A DNA stretch of 64,000 nt from a virus, in the IMG/VR virus record IMGVR_UViG_3300022848_000006; one strand, 5' to 3'. A program made the translations under genes and the position numbers. Within the stretch, counting starts at the first letter, position 1. Every line of letters begins with the position of its first letter. The notes beneath the pieces are model-generated. The model saw only the letters and a list, made by a program, of their open reading frames with translations. It was not told the origin of the DNA and made no database searches. Positions 20,232-29,455 of the stretch are shown piece after piece.

Positions 20232-20732
20232 CTATTCCAATCGTGCTTTCAAAGATTTTAGTGCCCTTTTCTTTCGGATAGCAATGATCTGCTTACTAAC
20301 TCCGACCTTCTCAGCTAGTTCTTTGATCGTTAGACCATTGAAGTATAGCTCTTCGATAACGTCACCATGTTTGATGCGTGAAATCTCATCTCTCATCTCG
20401 AAACTATCGATAGCGGCAGAATCAACACCAATGTTGTCGTGTATTGGCTCTTCTTGTTTCTTTCCTACCATCACAAACTTCACAGCCGTCTTGCACTCAA
20501 GCTGTACCCCTCGATAGAGAAAGCTTGTAAACTTGGGAGCCTCTTTCTTGTTGCGTCTGGGGGCCTCCACGTCGTATCTGCTGAGTGCTTTCCACAACGC
20601 GGTAAGTTTGCACGATTCGATTTCGTCGTAGCTCAGTAGCCCAAAGAAACGCCTGGAGGCCTTGGCCATGATCTTTTGATAGTCTTGATTTTCAATCGCC
20701 ACAAGCATGTCGTCATTGCTAATATCATTCAT
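20232..20732 (-). CDS. Phage sigma-70-like factor
   Basis: Region 2-like ALWKALSRYD...FTSFLYRGV; region 4 HTH GLTIKELAEKVGVSKQII..RKKRALKSLK. Confidence 0.8.
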   Translation of the reverse strand: MNDISNDDMLVAIENQDYQKIMAKASRRFFGLLSYDEIESCKLTALWKALSRYDVEAPRRNKKEAPKFTSFLYRGVQLECKTAVKFVMVGKKQEEPIHDNIGVDSAAIDSFEMRDEISRIKHGDVIEELYFNGLTIKELAEKVGVSKQIIAIRKKRALKSLKARLE

Positions 20733-21210
20733 TGTTGGTAACTCCTAGATCCTGTTGTAGATTTGCTCTAACGTCCTTTAGTGTGAATGCCTTGCCCAAC
20801 CCGATGAGGAATCTATACTTGCTCAAAATTTCCAAGTACTCAATCCCTTCTGTCTTATTCAGCTTCATAACCAATTCATTAGTGATTGGAAAATTACAGT
20901 GTGCCAACCAGCACTCAAAGTTGGTTGTGAGTTTAATTCCCTCAAGTAAGTCCTCAGTAACTGGGAATTGCATTACTGCGTACTGCTCGTCGTTCTCTTG
21001 TTCTTCCTCGAACTCTTCTACAAAATCGTCCTTCTCTACCGCTTCTTTTGGTTTAATGAAGCTGCCAGTCATCAATAACTTGGAGATACTAATATGCTTA
21101 TTGACATAATGCTCAAACTTCTCCCACATGATAAACTTATCTTTACTCATTTCTGTCCCTCTTAGATAATTCCAATGGCGTGATGTAAGGATCGCCCATG
21201 TTAGATTCAA
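20725..21210 (-). CDS. Hypothetical protein
   Basis: 161 aa; likely start MSKD about 21150. Confidence 0.6.
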   Translation of the reverse strand: MNLTWAILTSRHWNYLRGTEMSKDKFIMWEKFEHYVNKHISISKLLMTGSFIKPKEAVEKDDFVEEFEEEQENDEQYAVMQFPVTEDLLEGIKLTTNFECWLAHCNFPITNELVMKLNKTEGIEYLEILSKYRFLIGLGKAFTLKDVRANLQQDLGVTNNE

Positions 21211-21604
21211 ATTCTGCCTTCTGCTCTTCTATCTTCTGCATAAAGTATGCGAAATCCATTTCTCTGTCTGCTATCGCAAAGTCCTGTTGTACCTTGTTTA
21301 GCACTAGGTAAAAGAACTGTGGGTGAGACATTGGGGCGATTAGCTTAGCTAGAGACTCTAAGTTGTCTGTAGAAAAGTCGTCCACCTCTGTTGTCAGGTG
21401 CGGAGAGTCATTGTCTCCATTAAGAATTGAGTAGACAAAGGAAGCGTTAACAACCGGCTCATCTGCTGGTTCTTGCTCTTCTGAACAAATAGCTTCTACT
21501 CCCGGCTCTGTCTCTTCATCCGCAGCCTTTGCTGCCACAAGTTGTGCCTCTAGTTGTGCCTGTTCTACTGCTGTCCTAAAAATCTCTAAAGCTGTCGATT
21601 GCAT
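21143..21604 (-). CDS. Hypothetical acidic protein
   Basis: 153 aa ORF in operon. Confidence 0.55.
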   Translation of the reverse strand: MQSTALEIFRTAVEQAQLEAQLVAAKAADEETEPGVEAICSEEQEPADEPVVNASFVYSILNGDNDSPHLTTEVDDFSTDNLESLAKLIAPMSHPQFFYLVLNKVQQDFAIADREMDFAYFMQKIEEQKAEFESNMGDPYITPLELSKRDRNE

Positions 21605-22664
21605 CGATTATCTCCGTTGTTGTGTTTTTCCAAGTAAATTTCTTACCAGTGTTAATTCCTTCTATATTTGTAGGCTTCTTTACGTGTACGTCTCGCATGT
21701 GTCTAGCAGTTTGCGTCACTTGCTCTGCTCCTAGCTTAGCCCATCGTCCCTGTCCGTGAAACCAAATGTTGTCTACTGCTGTTTCAAGTTCATCAATCTC
21801 TACCAACAGGCTGTTGTCACTATTACAAAACTCTGTATGTCCTGAATAGTTAGTTGCTATCACGGGTTTTCCAAGTGACATCATTTCCAGAAGCTCAAGA
21901 TTCCAACCTTCCGCCCTTGAAATAAATACACCACAATCCATCGAATTCATGGTTTTTAAAACTTCTTGATGCGAATCTACCCTAGGTAAGAATCGAACTT
22001 TGTGCCCCAGTTCTGACCCTAAGTACTTATTCTCCCAGGCTTTGTGTTGTTTGGCATTTAAGAAAGGATTAGTACACATCATGTGTAACTCTACGTCATC
22101 GTGATCCTTAAAAGCTAAGTTGAACGCTTCGATGACGGCGTCATGTCCCTTCCGAATCTCCCACTTGCCACAAGTAAAGAACTTAGTGGGGCCGCTGGTT
22201 GGTTTGCTCTCTATGTCGTAAGTTTGAACACCCAGGGGTATGACGCTAACTTTGTTGTCGCCGACCATGTAAGAAGAGTTGTCAAGCTCTTTTAATATGA
22301 TACTCTTGGCCCATCCTGAGCACACAAAGATGTGATCTAAATTACAAAGGTGATGCTTCTCTTGTTTCGTAAAAGTATCAAGTTCAAAGATAGGAAACCC
22401 AATCTTCTTGCCATTGCCAACAAACTGAGACATATCATGTTGATGCCAGAGTCTAATACAGGGGGCATTGAAGTTGGGGGTTTTGGCTAGGTTGATTGAG
22501 TTTTGAATTGTCTCAAACCTACTCTTCACATCTTCCATCCTAATCTGACCAACAGGAAAGAGGGCGACATCGTACTGCGTGAACCTGGACAACGCATGTA
22601 GAATGTTTTGCCCTACTTGCCCATACCCAAGCTGATTCATTGGGGCGATTAGATTAAGATCCAT
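21576..22664 (-). CDS. Glycosyltransferase, GT4/GT-B family
   Basis: GKWEIRKGHD, SRAEGWNLELLEMMSLGKPVIATNYSGHTEF. Confidence 0.9.
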   Translation of the reverse strand: MDLNLIAPMNQLGYGQVGQNILHALSRFTQYDVALFPVGQIRMEDVKSRFETIQNSINLAKTPNFNAPCIRLWHQHDMSQFVGNGKKIGFPIFELDTFTKQEKHHLCNLDHIFVCSGWAKSIILKELDNSSYMVGDNKVSVIPLGVQTYDIESKPTSGPTKFFTCGKWEIRKGHDAVIEAFNLAFKDHDDVELHMMCTNPFLNAKQHKAWENKYLGSELGHKVRFLPRVDSHQEVLKTMNSMDCGVFISRAEGWNLELLEMMSLGKPVIATNYSGHTEFCNSDNSLLVEIDELETAVDNIWFHGQGRWAKLGAEQVTQTARHMRDVHVKKPTNIEGINTGKKFTWKNTTTEIIDAIDSFRDF

Positions 22665-22887
22665 TGATTTCCTCGATTGTTAAGATGATGCCACCTCTCG
22701 TATCTGATAGAGACTCTTTTTGTATTTGAAGTTCCTCTATGCTTTCTTTTAGTAGCGAGATTTGTTCTTCTATGACCTGCTCAGCAAGACTGATGTCTTT
22801 CTTTGCATTTTCTAGGAACATTAGAGCCCTTTTCTTATTCATTGTTCGTCTTCTCCAAAGGGATTTGTGAATACTGGTGATCCGCAT
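22654..22887 (-). CDS. Coiled-coil hypothetical protein
   Basis: Heptad-rich; likely start MNKK about 22842. Confidence 0.55.
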   Translation of the reverse strand: MRITSIHKSLWRRRTMNKKRALMFLENAKKDISLAEQVIEEQISLLKESIEELQIQKESLSDTRGGIILTIEEINGS

Positions 22888-23809
22888 AGGAGACCACCAT
22901 ACTTGGATTGAAGAGAATGTCCCATCCTTTTTCTTTCATTTGCCTATGCAAAACTACGTGGTCTGCGTCTACTGATCTTGCGTCCCAGAGTTTAACGCCA
23001 TAGTTAACATCTTTGAACGCTTCTTTCTTATAGAGCCCAAGGCCATTAAAGTTAGAATTCACAAAGGCAACATTGTCCCCAGGCTTCTGGTTGATAAAGT
23101 TGTATCTTCCAGTCTCATGCTTTGGCTGAGCCTTGTCCTCTCCGTGTGGTCTGAACACAAAGCAGTCATACATCAAGTACTTAGAAGGGTGAACCGCTTC
23201 TAATGGGTTTTTATTGATACAGTCGGCCAAAACTCCGTATGCCGTGACGGCACCGTTGGTCGGCCTATTCTCAAGGACCGCCAGGGCGTGCAGGAAGCCA
23301 TTGTAAGACCATCCGCCCCATAGGTCGAGATCTAACACACACACGAAGTCAGCGTCGTGATACTCGATCTCAGATAGGTACATGTTGCGACAGTCTGCTA
23401 GGACTTTACACCTGTTGTAATGTACAGGGTCTTCGCCAGCTTGCAACATTGTGTCGTAGTTTTTGTCACTACGTGTGTCGGAAATATAGTCTAGTTTTTC
23501 CGACCTGTACCTTTTGAGAATATCCACGGTATCGTCGGTGGAATCGTTCTCATAGATAAAGATATGGTGATCTTTGAAGTATTGGGCTGTGTACTGCATC
23601 CTTAGGATGTTACGTTCTAGCCTATCGCCAACGTTGCGACAGATGCCGCAGAAAAGAATCTTCTTACCTTTTGCTATTTGGTATCCAGCACTAACGGTCT
23701 TCTTGTAAAGTTCCTCGTCGTTGATTTCAAATAGCTGATCTGGAAACATTAGTCCTTTGTTCATACTCACTCCAGTCGTCAAACGACAGAAGGCTACGGT
23801 GTTACCCAT
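22835..23809 (-). CDS. Glycosyltransferase, GT-A fold
   Basis: CGICRN, IYENDSTDDT, LADCRNMYL, VLDLD, SNFNGLGLY, DHVVLH. Confidence 0.8.
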   Translation of the reverse strand: MGNTVAFCRLTTGVSMNKGLMFPDQLFEINDEELYKKTVSAGYQIAKGKKILFCGICRNVGDRLERNILRMQYTAQYFKDHHIFIYENDSTDDTVDILKRYRSEKLDYISDTRSDKNYDTMLQAGEDPVHYNRCKVLADCRNMYLSEIEYHDADFVCVLDLDLWGGWSYNGFLHALAVLENRPTNGAVTAYGVLADCINKNPLEAVHPSKYLMYDCFVFRPHGEDKAQPKHETGRYNFINQKPGDNVAFVNSNFNGLGLYKKEAFKDVNYGVKLWDARSVDADHVVLHRQMKEKGWDILFNPSMVVSYADHQYSQIPLEKTNNE

Positions 23810-23840
23810 AACCTATCGACGTTTAGTTTGTTTTTTAAGT

Positions 23841-24224
23841 CTAGCTCTTTGAGTACACCACGGTGATGAACTGCTCAACGCTGTCTATCTTTTGAGATCC
23901 TAAGATTGAAGCGGCTGTTTTCTTAGAAGAGGCTGACTTCTCGCCAAGAACAACAAGGGCTTGGACACAGTCCTCATAAAGAGGGTGGTCTTTGCCACTA
24001 GGTGCTGGCTTAGCTTTGACTTTTAGCCTTGGCTTTTCTGTCTTAACCTGTAGGGCTAATCGAGGATTAGCCTTTGGCCTGACTACACGCCGAGGGGTTG
24101 GACTTATTGTCGCAATCTCGATCATGTAGTCTTTACTTGGTCGCTGTACCTCCTGATCCCCAAAAATCCACTTGGAGACCAAGAGAATAACGAAAAGGCA
24201 AGAAAATAGGAAAATACCAATCAT
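23841..24224 (-). CDS. Membrane-anchored protein with RuvA domain III-like C-terminus
   Basis: N-terminal TM; EDCVQALVVLGEKSASSKKTAASIL resembles RuvA C-terminal helix bundle. Confidence 0.5.
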   Translation of the reverse strand: MIGIFLFSCLFVILLVSKWIFGDQEVQRPSKDYMIEIATISPTPRRVVRPKANPRLALQVKTEKPRLKVKAKPAPSGKDHPLYEDCVQALVVLGEKSASSKKTAASILGSQKIDSVEQFITVVYSKS

Positions 24225-24253
24225 GGTCTGTCTTTCGGGTTTGAGTTGCCCCC

Positions 24254-24281
24254 ATTATACAGCACGATCCATTCTTGTCAA
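24254..24281 (-). promoter_or_regulatory. sigma70-type promoter TTGACA-N16-TATAAT
   Basis: Perfect hexamers upstream of 24224. Confidence 0.8.
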
Positions 24282-24487
24282 CCCCTAAAATTACCCTCTT
24301 ACCGTTTTTATTGCACAACGGATCGAGCAGAAGAGCATTCTTCCGTTCTTGCTCTCGTGACACTCGAAGCACTTATCAAAGATAAGACTGTAGTTCAGGT
24401 TGGCTAAGGCCTTTAACTGGCCCCAGACTTCTTTCATCTTTTCCATAGGATATCTCCATGTTAGAGTAGTTACTACTCTATTATACC

Positions 24488-24868
24488 CTATTTCTCGCTC
24501 TGCTTCTTAGCCTCTAGCCACCCAGCCTTCCACTCTCTCGCCCTAAAGCGAAGTAGTGGAGACTTTTTAATCGAATCTCCAGCTTCAAAAGCTTTGTATC
24601 CCTTCGCGAAGTCACTAGAGTAATTCTTTAGAATACCCATCTCAACTTCGTGAAGCTTACCAAAGCCGTCACAGCGAGGGCAGTGGACTGATTCCTTCTC
24701 TATGTCTATCAGACCATCGCCGCAGCACTCTGGACACTCTACCATCCCTAATTGAATAGGAACTGGAACTGGGACCACCTCTGTATCCGACTGGTTCGCA
24801 GGGTTGCAACCAGTCAACATAAGAGCCATGAGTAACATCAATAGGATTTTCTTCATTGTCTTCTCCAT
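24488..24868 (-). CDS. Lipoprotein with DnaJ-like Cys-rich finger and Rmf-like C-terminus
   Basis: LMLTGC lipobox; CPECCGDG..CPRCDGFG; KGYKAFEAG...REWKAGWLEA. Confidence 0.65.
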   Translation of the reverse strand: MEKTMKKILLMLLMALMLTGCNPANQSDTEVVPVPVPIQLGMVECPECCGDGLIDIEKESVHCPRCDGFGKLHEVEMGILKNYSSDFAKGYKAFEAGDSIKKSPLLRFRAREWKAGWLEAKKQSEK

Positions 24869-24961
24869 ATATGGAAGTTATTGCTAAATCAACACATCTT
24901 TCCTTATAGTAGCGAGAAGACTCTAAAGCGGTCCACTTGCCATCCTCATAAACCTGGACCA

Positions 24962-25285
24962 TTACTCTGCCGGGGCTGCGTTCTTAGGTCCAAGCTGGAT
25001 ATCATTGGCGATGACAGAAACAGAGTCACGCTTGACTCCATCCTTCTCATAAGTGTCAATGTCCAACCGTCCAGTGACGCCGATCAACTTACCCTTCGTA
25101 AGATGCTCAGCCAGGACTTCCGCCTGTCTACCGAAAACCACGACGTTCAAGAACATAGTCTTATCCTCTTTTCGTCTGTCATTGACGGCCAATCTAAAGT
25201 TACAAATTTGAGTCCCCGTTTGGGTCTCCTTTAGCTCTGAGTCAGCGGTCAATCTTCCGGTCAGTGTTACAACATTCAAATTCAT
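24962..25285 (-). CDS. ssb: Single-stranded DNA-binding protein
   Basis: LNVVTLTGRLTADSEL, FRLAVN, HLTKGKLIGVTGRL. Confidence 0.95.
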   Translation of the reverse strand: MNLNVVTLTGRLTADSELKETQTGTQICNFRLAVNDRRKEDKTMFLNVVVFGRQAEVLAEHLTKGKLIGVTGRLDIDTYEKDGVKRDSVSVIANDIQLGPKNAAPAE

Positions 25286-25803
25286 TTCAATTTCCTCATT
25301 TCGGATACTGGTACTACAAAGTTGTTAGGCAGACGTTGCCCATACTTTTTCTCTTTCTTCTTCTTGTCAAACATATAACGTGTTATAGTTCCAAGAATTT
25401 CTACTTCCTTATTCTTCATGTCGAACCTAGCAAGAACGTACTTGTTAGGAACTTTCCTTTCCTCGTACTCTTTTTGGGTGATTTTTAATTCAGGTTCACC
25501 ATAACCCATATAGGTGATTGTTTTGACCTCAATGCCTTTGAAGTCTTCACCACCGTCTCTCACATCGTAGATTTCTTCATCTGCTGACTCACCACTATAC
25601 TGAGACCAAGCGTATTCGCCTACTAGTCCAAGGAAGTGAGGCATGTATTGTTTGTCGATCTTGAACAAATCCTCGAAAGACTCGTCCTTGTCTTTTGGCA
25701 TGATACGACCCTTGTTTCTAAACGAAGAGTGCTTAGCGTCATGACGCTTCTTAGCTAGATCAAAAAGATACTTCAATTCAGCTTTCTTTAGTTTGATCTT
25801 CAT
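25282..25803 (-). CDS. Hypothetical protein, PD-(D/E)xK-like
   Basis: LGLVGEYA...DGGEDF.GIEVKT. Confidence 0.6.
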   Translation of the reverse strand: MKIKLKKAELKYLFDLAKKRHDAKHSSFRNKGRIMPKDKDESFEDLFKIDKQYMPHFLGLVGEYAWSQYSGESADEEIYDVRDGGEDFKGIEVKTITYMGYGEPELKITQKEYEERKVPNKYVLARFDMKNKEVEILGTITRYMFDKKKKEKKYGQRLPNNFVVPVSEMRKLK

Positions 25804-26134
25804 TAGCTATCACTACCTCCCTACAAATGTTGATAAATTCTTCGTCAGTCTTATTATTTTTCATCTTGTTAATATCCTTATCTACCCATTGAACATTATC
25901 CTTAGTATACCCTTTATTAGAGTCTATTCTATCTAAGGAAGCATTTCCTCTTTTAGTTCTATCTTTCTGATACCCCTTTGAGTGAAATCTTAGTGCTTTC
26001 TTGCTTAATTTGCAAAATCCGTCAAAAATAGACTCTAAATAGTCTATTGATACATCAAACAGAATGTTTCTTTTGATGGCGTTTTGCTTTATACTGTTTA
26101 TGAATGACTGGGGTATTAAGTTTCCTTTGACTAT
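25778..26134 (-). CDS. HNH-type homing endonuclease-like ORF lacking a canonical start codon
   Basis: Manual translation: ...QNAIKRNILFDVSIDYLESIF...ASLDRIDSNKGYTKDNVQWVDKDINKMK...; no ATG/GTG/TTG upstream of the domain. Confidence 0.75.
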   Translation of the reverse strand: MVKGNLIPQSFINSIKQNAIKRNILFDVSIDYLESIFDGFCKLSKKALRFHSKGYQKDRTKRGNASLDRIDSNKGYTKDNVQWVDKDINKMKNNKTDEEFINICREVVIANEDQTKES

Positions 26135-26664
26135 GTACTTGGAAATAAATCCATTTTTATGTTTGCCTGCTCGAAAATCTCTGATGCCTGCTTAAAAGAA
26201 TCTTGCCATCTTTCAACATCACTTTCATAGGAAACCACGCGAACAACAGAAAATCCCCTGATAACCTTAGCACAAGCCCCGCAGGGCTGGAACGGCCAAG
26301 TGTAAATGGTTAGGTCGGACAAGTTGGCGTTACCAAGATGATAGAGGGCATTTTCTTCTGCGTGTGTGATGTGTTGTATTTTGAAATCTCTGTTTTCTAT
26401 CTTTGAATCGTCAAAACCCCTAGGAAAACCATTATATCCAGTGGATAAAACCCTGTTCTCAGAAGTAACCACTGCCCCAACTTTTGTGCTGGGGTCTTTT
26501 GACCAAGTACTAACCTCTTTAGCAAGCTTTAAAAATCTAAGATCCCACTTCTTTTGTCTTGTGGCTACTTCTTTTTTCATTGCCAAGACCTTATCAGCTA
26601 ACGCCCCCTTCATGCTTCTCCTCCACAGTCTTCTCGTTGGATGTCGTCTGACAATTCTGTCCAA
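26131..26664 (-). CDS. dCMP deaminase
   Basis: SKDPSTKVGAV, GYNGFPRG, HAEENA, PCGACAK; start probably MKG about 26613 or MKK about 26580. Confidence 0.92.
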   Translation of the reverse strand: MDRIVRRHPTRRLWRRSMKGALADKVLAMKKEVATRQKKWDLRFLKLAKEVSTWSKDPSTKVGAVVTSENRVLSTGYNGFPRGFDDSKIENRDFKIQHITHAEENALYHLGNANLSDLTIYTWPFQPCGACAKVIRGFSVVRVVSYESDVERWQDSFKQASEIFEQANIKMDLFPST

Positions 26665-26957
26665 TATATTTCATAAACAACAGACTTGTCATCACACCCT
26701 ATAAATCTGTGATACTCACCAGGAGGAACAGAACAAGAGTCTCCAGCAATCATCGACGTGTCATCTACCAAGTCGTATTCATTCTTCCACCTTCTAAGCA
26801 AAATTTGTCCAGACTCAACAAAAAACATATTGTGCGTATGTAGGTGACTATGCTTAGAACACTGATAGCCTCCATCTATAACGACTCTGCTGATCTTTAC
26901 GTTGTTCTTGTTGAACAGGTCACAGGTTTTACCCCAGATCTTTCCTTCTATTAGCAT
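26610..26957 (-). CDS. Cupin-fold protein (sugar isomerase-like)
   Basis: CSKHSHLHTHNMFFVESG, PPGEYHRF. Confidence 0.8.
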   Translation of the reverse strand: MLIEGKIWGKTCDLFNKNNVKISRVVIDGGYQCSKHSHLHTHNMFFVESGQILLRRWKNEYDLVDDTSMIAGDSCSVPPGEYHRFIGCDDKSVVYEIYWTELSDDIQREDCGGEA

Positions 26958-27472
26958 TTTGTCTCCGTCAGGTATAGCACTTGATTTTCGTGAATAGGAA
27001 TAGACCTAGCGACAACCAGACCTCTTTTTTCTATAAAGCTAAACCAGTCTTCAAAGTTTTTTTTGTTTATGTGTAGATCAACCCCTTCGTACTCACTTAC
27101 GCTGTTGTTAATAGAAATTGCTTGTCTACCTACTCTGCGAAAATTTTCAAAGAGACCCTCTAAATCTTCGTCTAAGAGGTGCTCTATGACATCAATACAA
27201 ACAACAGACCGAAAATCCGTCAACTCTATTGGTTTTGTAATATCAGCAATCACCATTTTACTACCAAGGTCTATCTGGTCATACCCTTTACAGTCTAGTT
27301 CTTTTTCTCTAAGAGCTAGGACTGTATGCCCTCTACCGCAACCAAGGTCTGCCACTGGAGCAATTAGGTAATCAATATAGTAGGGGATGAGCCTTACGCC
27401 TGGACAGCGGCCAACATTCGCATTGCCGTACCAAGAGGACTCTTCATAGATCTTTTGATAGTCATAAATCAT
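26951..27472 (-). CDS. Class I SAM-dependent methyltransferase
   Basis: VADLGCGRG, VCIDVIEHL. Confidence 0.85.
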   Translation of the reverse strand: MIYDYQKIYEESSWYGNANVGRCPGVRLIPYYIDYLIAPVADLGCGRGHTVLALREKELDCKGYDQIDLGSKMVIADITKPIELTDFRSVVCIDVIEHLLDEDLEGLFENFRRVGRQAISINNSVSEYEGVDLHINKKNFEDWFSFIEKRGLVVARSIPIHENQVLYLTETKC

Positions 27473-28131
27473 AAGGCAAATAGCTCGAAGCGTCTCATTT
27501 TAACTGGGTTAACATTGATAACTTGGATGTGTGGATAGTGTTGTGTCAGCCACTTCTCCATCAAGGTCCAAGACTCTAAAATTTTGTTTGAATGATTTAT
27601 AACCCAAGGGGGCACAGTCTCAGTATGGAAGCTACCACGAGTATAATCACAGTCTTGACCGACTAGGTAGATTCTTTGAACCCCAGAGTATGCAGCAAAC
27701 TGTATCATTTCAAAGGTAATGCTGTAACAATCATACAGAGGGGGTATCTCTTCAACAGCGAGGGGCAACAAGCAAGAAGGATTAAAAAGACAAGGATAAT
27801 AGACGCCGTCTAGTCCCTTGGGTATCTTACGAAACGTAGCCTTATAAAGAGGGTCTCTGTAGAAGTTCTGTCTCGTGGCTTTGTATGCTTTGTACTTATT
27901 AGGATCAGAATTGTAACCTCTTCTCTTGTTTCCGGCATCTCCGATGAAATAATAATCCATTCTCCTAGGGAAGTGGATAATCTCATTACATCCGATAGTA
28001 ATTTTGTCGTGAAGTAATAAGCCAAGAACCTTCTCAGACAATCCATTTATTGAAGGGCCGGAGCCCATAACTACAGCCTCCTGCCCGTAGTGTTCATATT
28101 TGTAGTCTTCAAGCTTCATAGTTGTGAGCAA
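27469..28131 (-). CDS. DUF115/MAF-like (nonulosonic-acid transferase-like) protein
   Basis: VMGSGPS, IGCN, SITFEMIQFAAYSGVQRIYLVGQDC. Confidence 0.65.
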   Translation of the reverse strand: MLTTMKLEDYKYEHYGQEAVVMGSGPSINGLSEKVLGLLLHDKITIGCNEIIHFPRRMDYYFIGDAGNKRRGYNSDPNKYKAYKATRQNFYRDPLYKATFRKIPKGLDGVYYPCLFNPSCLLPLAVEEIPPLYDCYSITFEMIQFAAYSGVQRIYLVGQDCDYTRGSFHTETVPPWVINHSNKILESWTLMEKWLTQHYPHIQVINVNPVKMRRFELFAL

Positions 28132-28828
28132 CCTTATTGTAAGCTTCCCGCATTAGTCTTTGTCTTTTTGGCTTATCTAGTTGGTAGTTATTGCCAGTAA
28201 AGTGCCAAACAAAAGAGCTATTAAGATAAGAAGTATCTCCTTCTTCATAGTTGAACCCCAGCATGTCGTTCCAGATTTTTGGCAAGTAGTTGATACCTGT
28301 TCCAATTTCTTTCCAAGCGAGAATGTTGAGAGGCGTCTGCTCCCAAGAGCTAGTATTATGCTTCTGCGAATACTCGAAGAAGCTTCTTAACTGAGATCTT
28401 AGTCTCCAATATTGGTGATTATCTATCACCATGACGCCAGCGTTGAAATAGTTCTCTGGAGGCATATCTACATGGAAGTGCTTCCTCCACTGATTGAGAT
28501 GCGGGATAGCACCGTAGTTCAAGGGAGAAGAGTCTTTGACAACATTGATGCTTGAAGTAGCGACCTCGAAAATGTTAGGGGCGTTCCACCTAACCATCGT
28601 ATCTGCATCTACGATCAAAAGCTTGCTGTCTCGATCCATAGCTCCTAACCATTGGCAGTGCCAGGGATACCAAGAGCCATTCACATCTTTGCCAACTCTT
28701 TCGTCTCTTTCTGTTTGGACCTGTAGATGAACACCGATCCTATCAGCATATCTCTTCCACGTTTCGATCCCTAGAGGAAAATCTTCTGCAAACCCGTCTA
28801 GGGCCGAAATGTAGATAATGTTAGCCAT
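28109..28828 (-). CDS. Glycosyltransferase, GT8-like
   Basis: IVDADT DxD, YFNAGVMV, EQTPLN, WHFTG. Confidence 0.82.
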   Translation of the reverse strand: MANIIYISALDGFAEDFPLGIETWKRYADRIGVHLQVQTERDERVGKDVNGSWYPWHCQWLGAMDRDSKLLIVDADTMVRWNAPNIFEVATSSINVVKDSSPLNYGAIPHLNQWRKHFHVDMPPENYFNAGVMVIDNHQYWRLRSQLRSFFEYSQKHNTSSWEQTPLNILAWKEIGTGINYLPKIWNDMLGFNYEEGDTSYLNSSFVWHFTGNNYQLDKPKRQRLMREAYNKVAHNYEA

Positions 28829-29045
28829 TGATTCCTAAGTCCTTGTAAGCTTCTTCTTTATTAGCGTATTTCTTAATCGTCTTCCAGTAACTAGAGTCAG
28901 ACTTAAACCATCCGCTCTTTTGGTACTCAAAGACCCAAAGTGTGGCACCACTTCTCGAAGCCGTGATGAGGGCAGCTTTGCCATCCGCATCCCCAGACCA
29001 AGTAATAGTGCCCCACATGCCATTGTCGTGTTCGGTAATTCTCAT
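28821..29045 (-). CDS. Hypothetical protein
   Basis: GGAG RBS and GTGTATAAT motif upstream. Confidence 0.6.
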   Translation of the reverse strand: MRITEHDNGMWGTITWSGDADGKAALITASRSGATLWVFEYQKSGWFKSDSSYWKTIKKYANKEEAYKDLGING

Positions 29046-29105
29046 GATAAATCTCCATTAGTGTAGTAAGTTACCTAAGTAATTATACACTTTTATCGAA
29101 GACAA

Positions 29106-29399
29106 TTAACAACTTGATGGCCACGCATACCCATCGCTGCCATTGTCGAGTGCAGCCTCTAATGCGGCATCCAAAATCAAATGAATAGGAGTGGTCCCAT
29201 CCTCTTGCTCTTCCGTTAATTCCTTAACAACGTCTTTTGCCAACGACACCTCATCTGCAACTCGTACATAAGGCAGATCTCTGTCATCCTTCATACTTGG
29301 AATGTGTTGCACCATCCATGCAAGATGTGTCTTGCCAACCCTTATAACTATTTCACCACTGTCTTCTTCATAGAAGCATTCAACCATTTTACTTGACAT
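29106..29399 (-). CDS. Hypothetical protein
   Basis: 97 aa ORF. Confidence 0.6.
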   Translation of the reverse strand: MSSKMVECFYEEDSGEIVIRVGKTHLAWMVQHIPSMKDDRDLPYVRVADEVSLAKDVVKELTEEQEDGTTPIHLILDAALEAALDNGSDGYAWPSSC

Positions 29400-29455
29400 A
29401 AGAATATTTTTTACCCCTTACTTTCCATTATCTGATGACTATCACTAGATTATTC

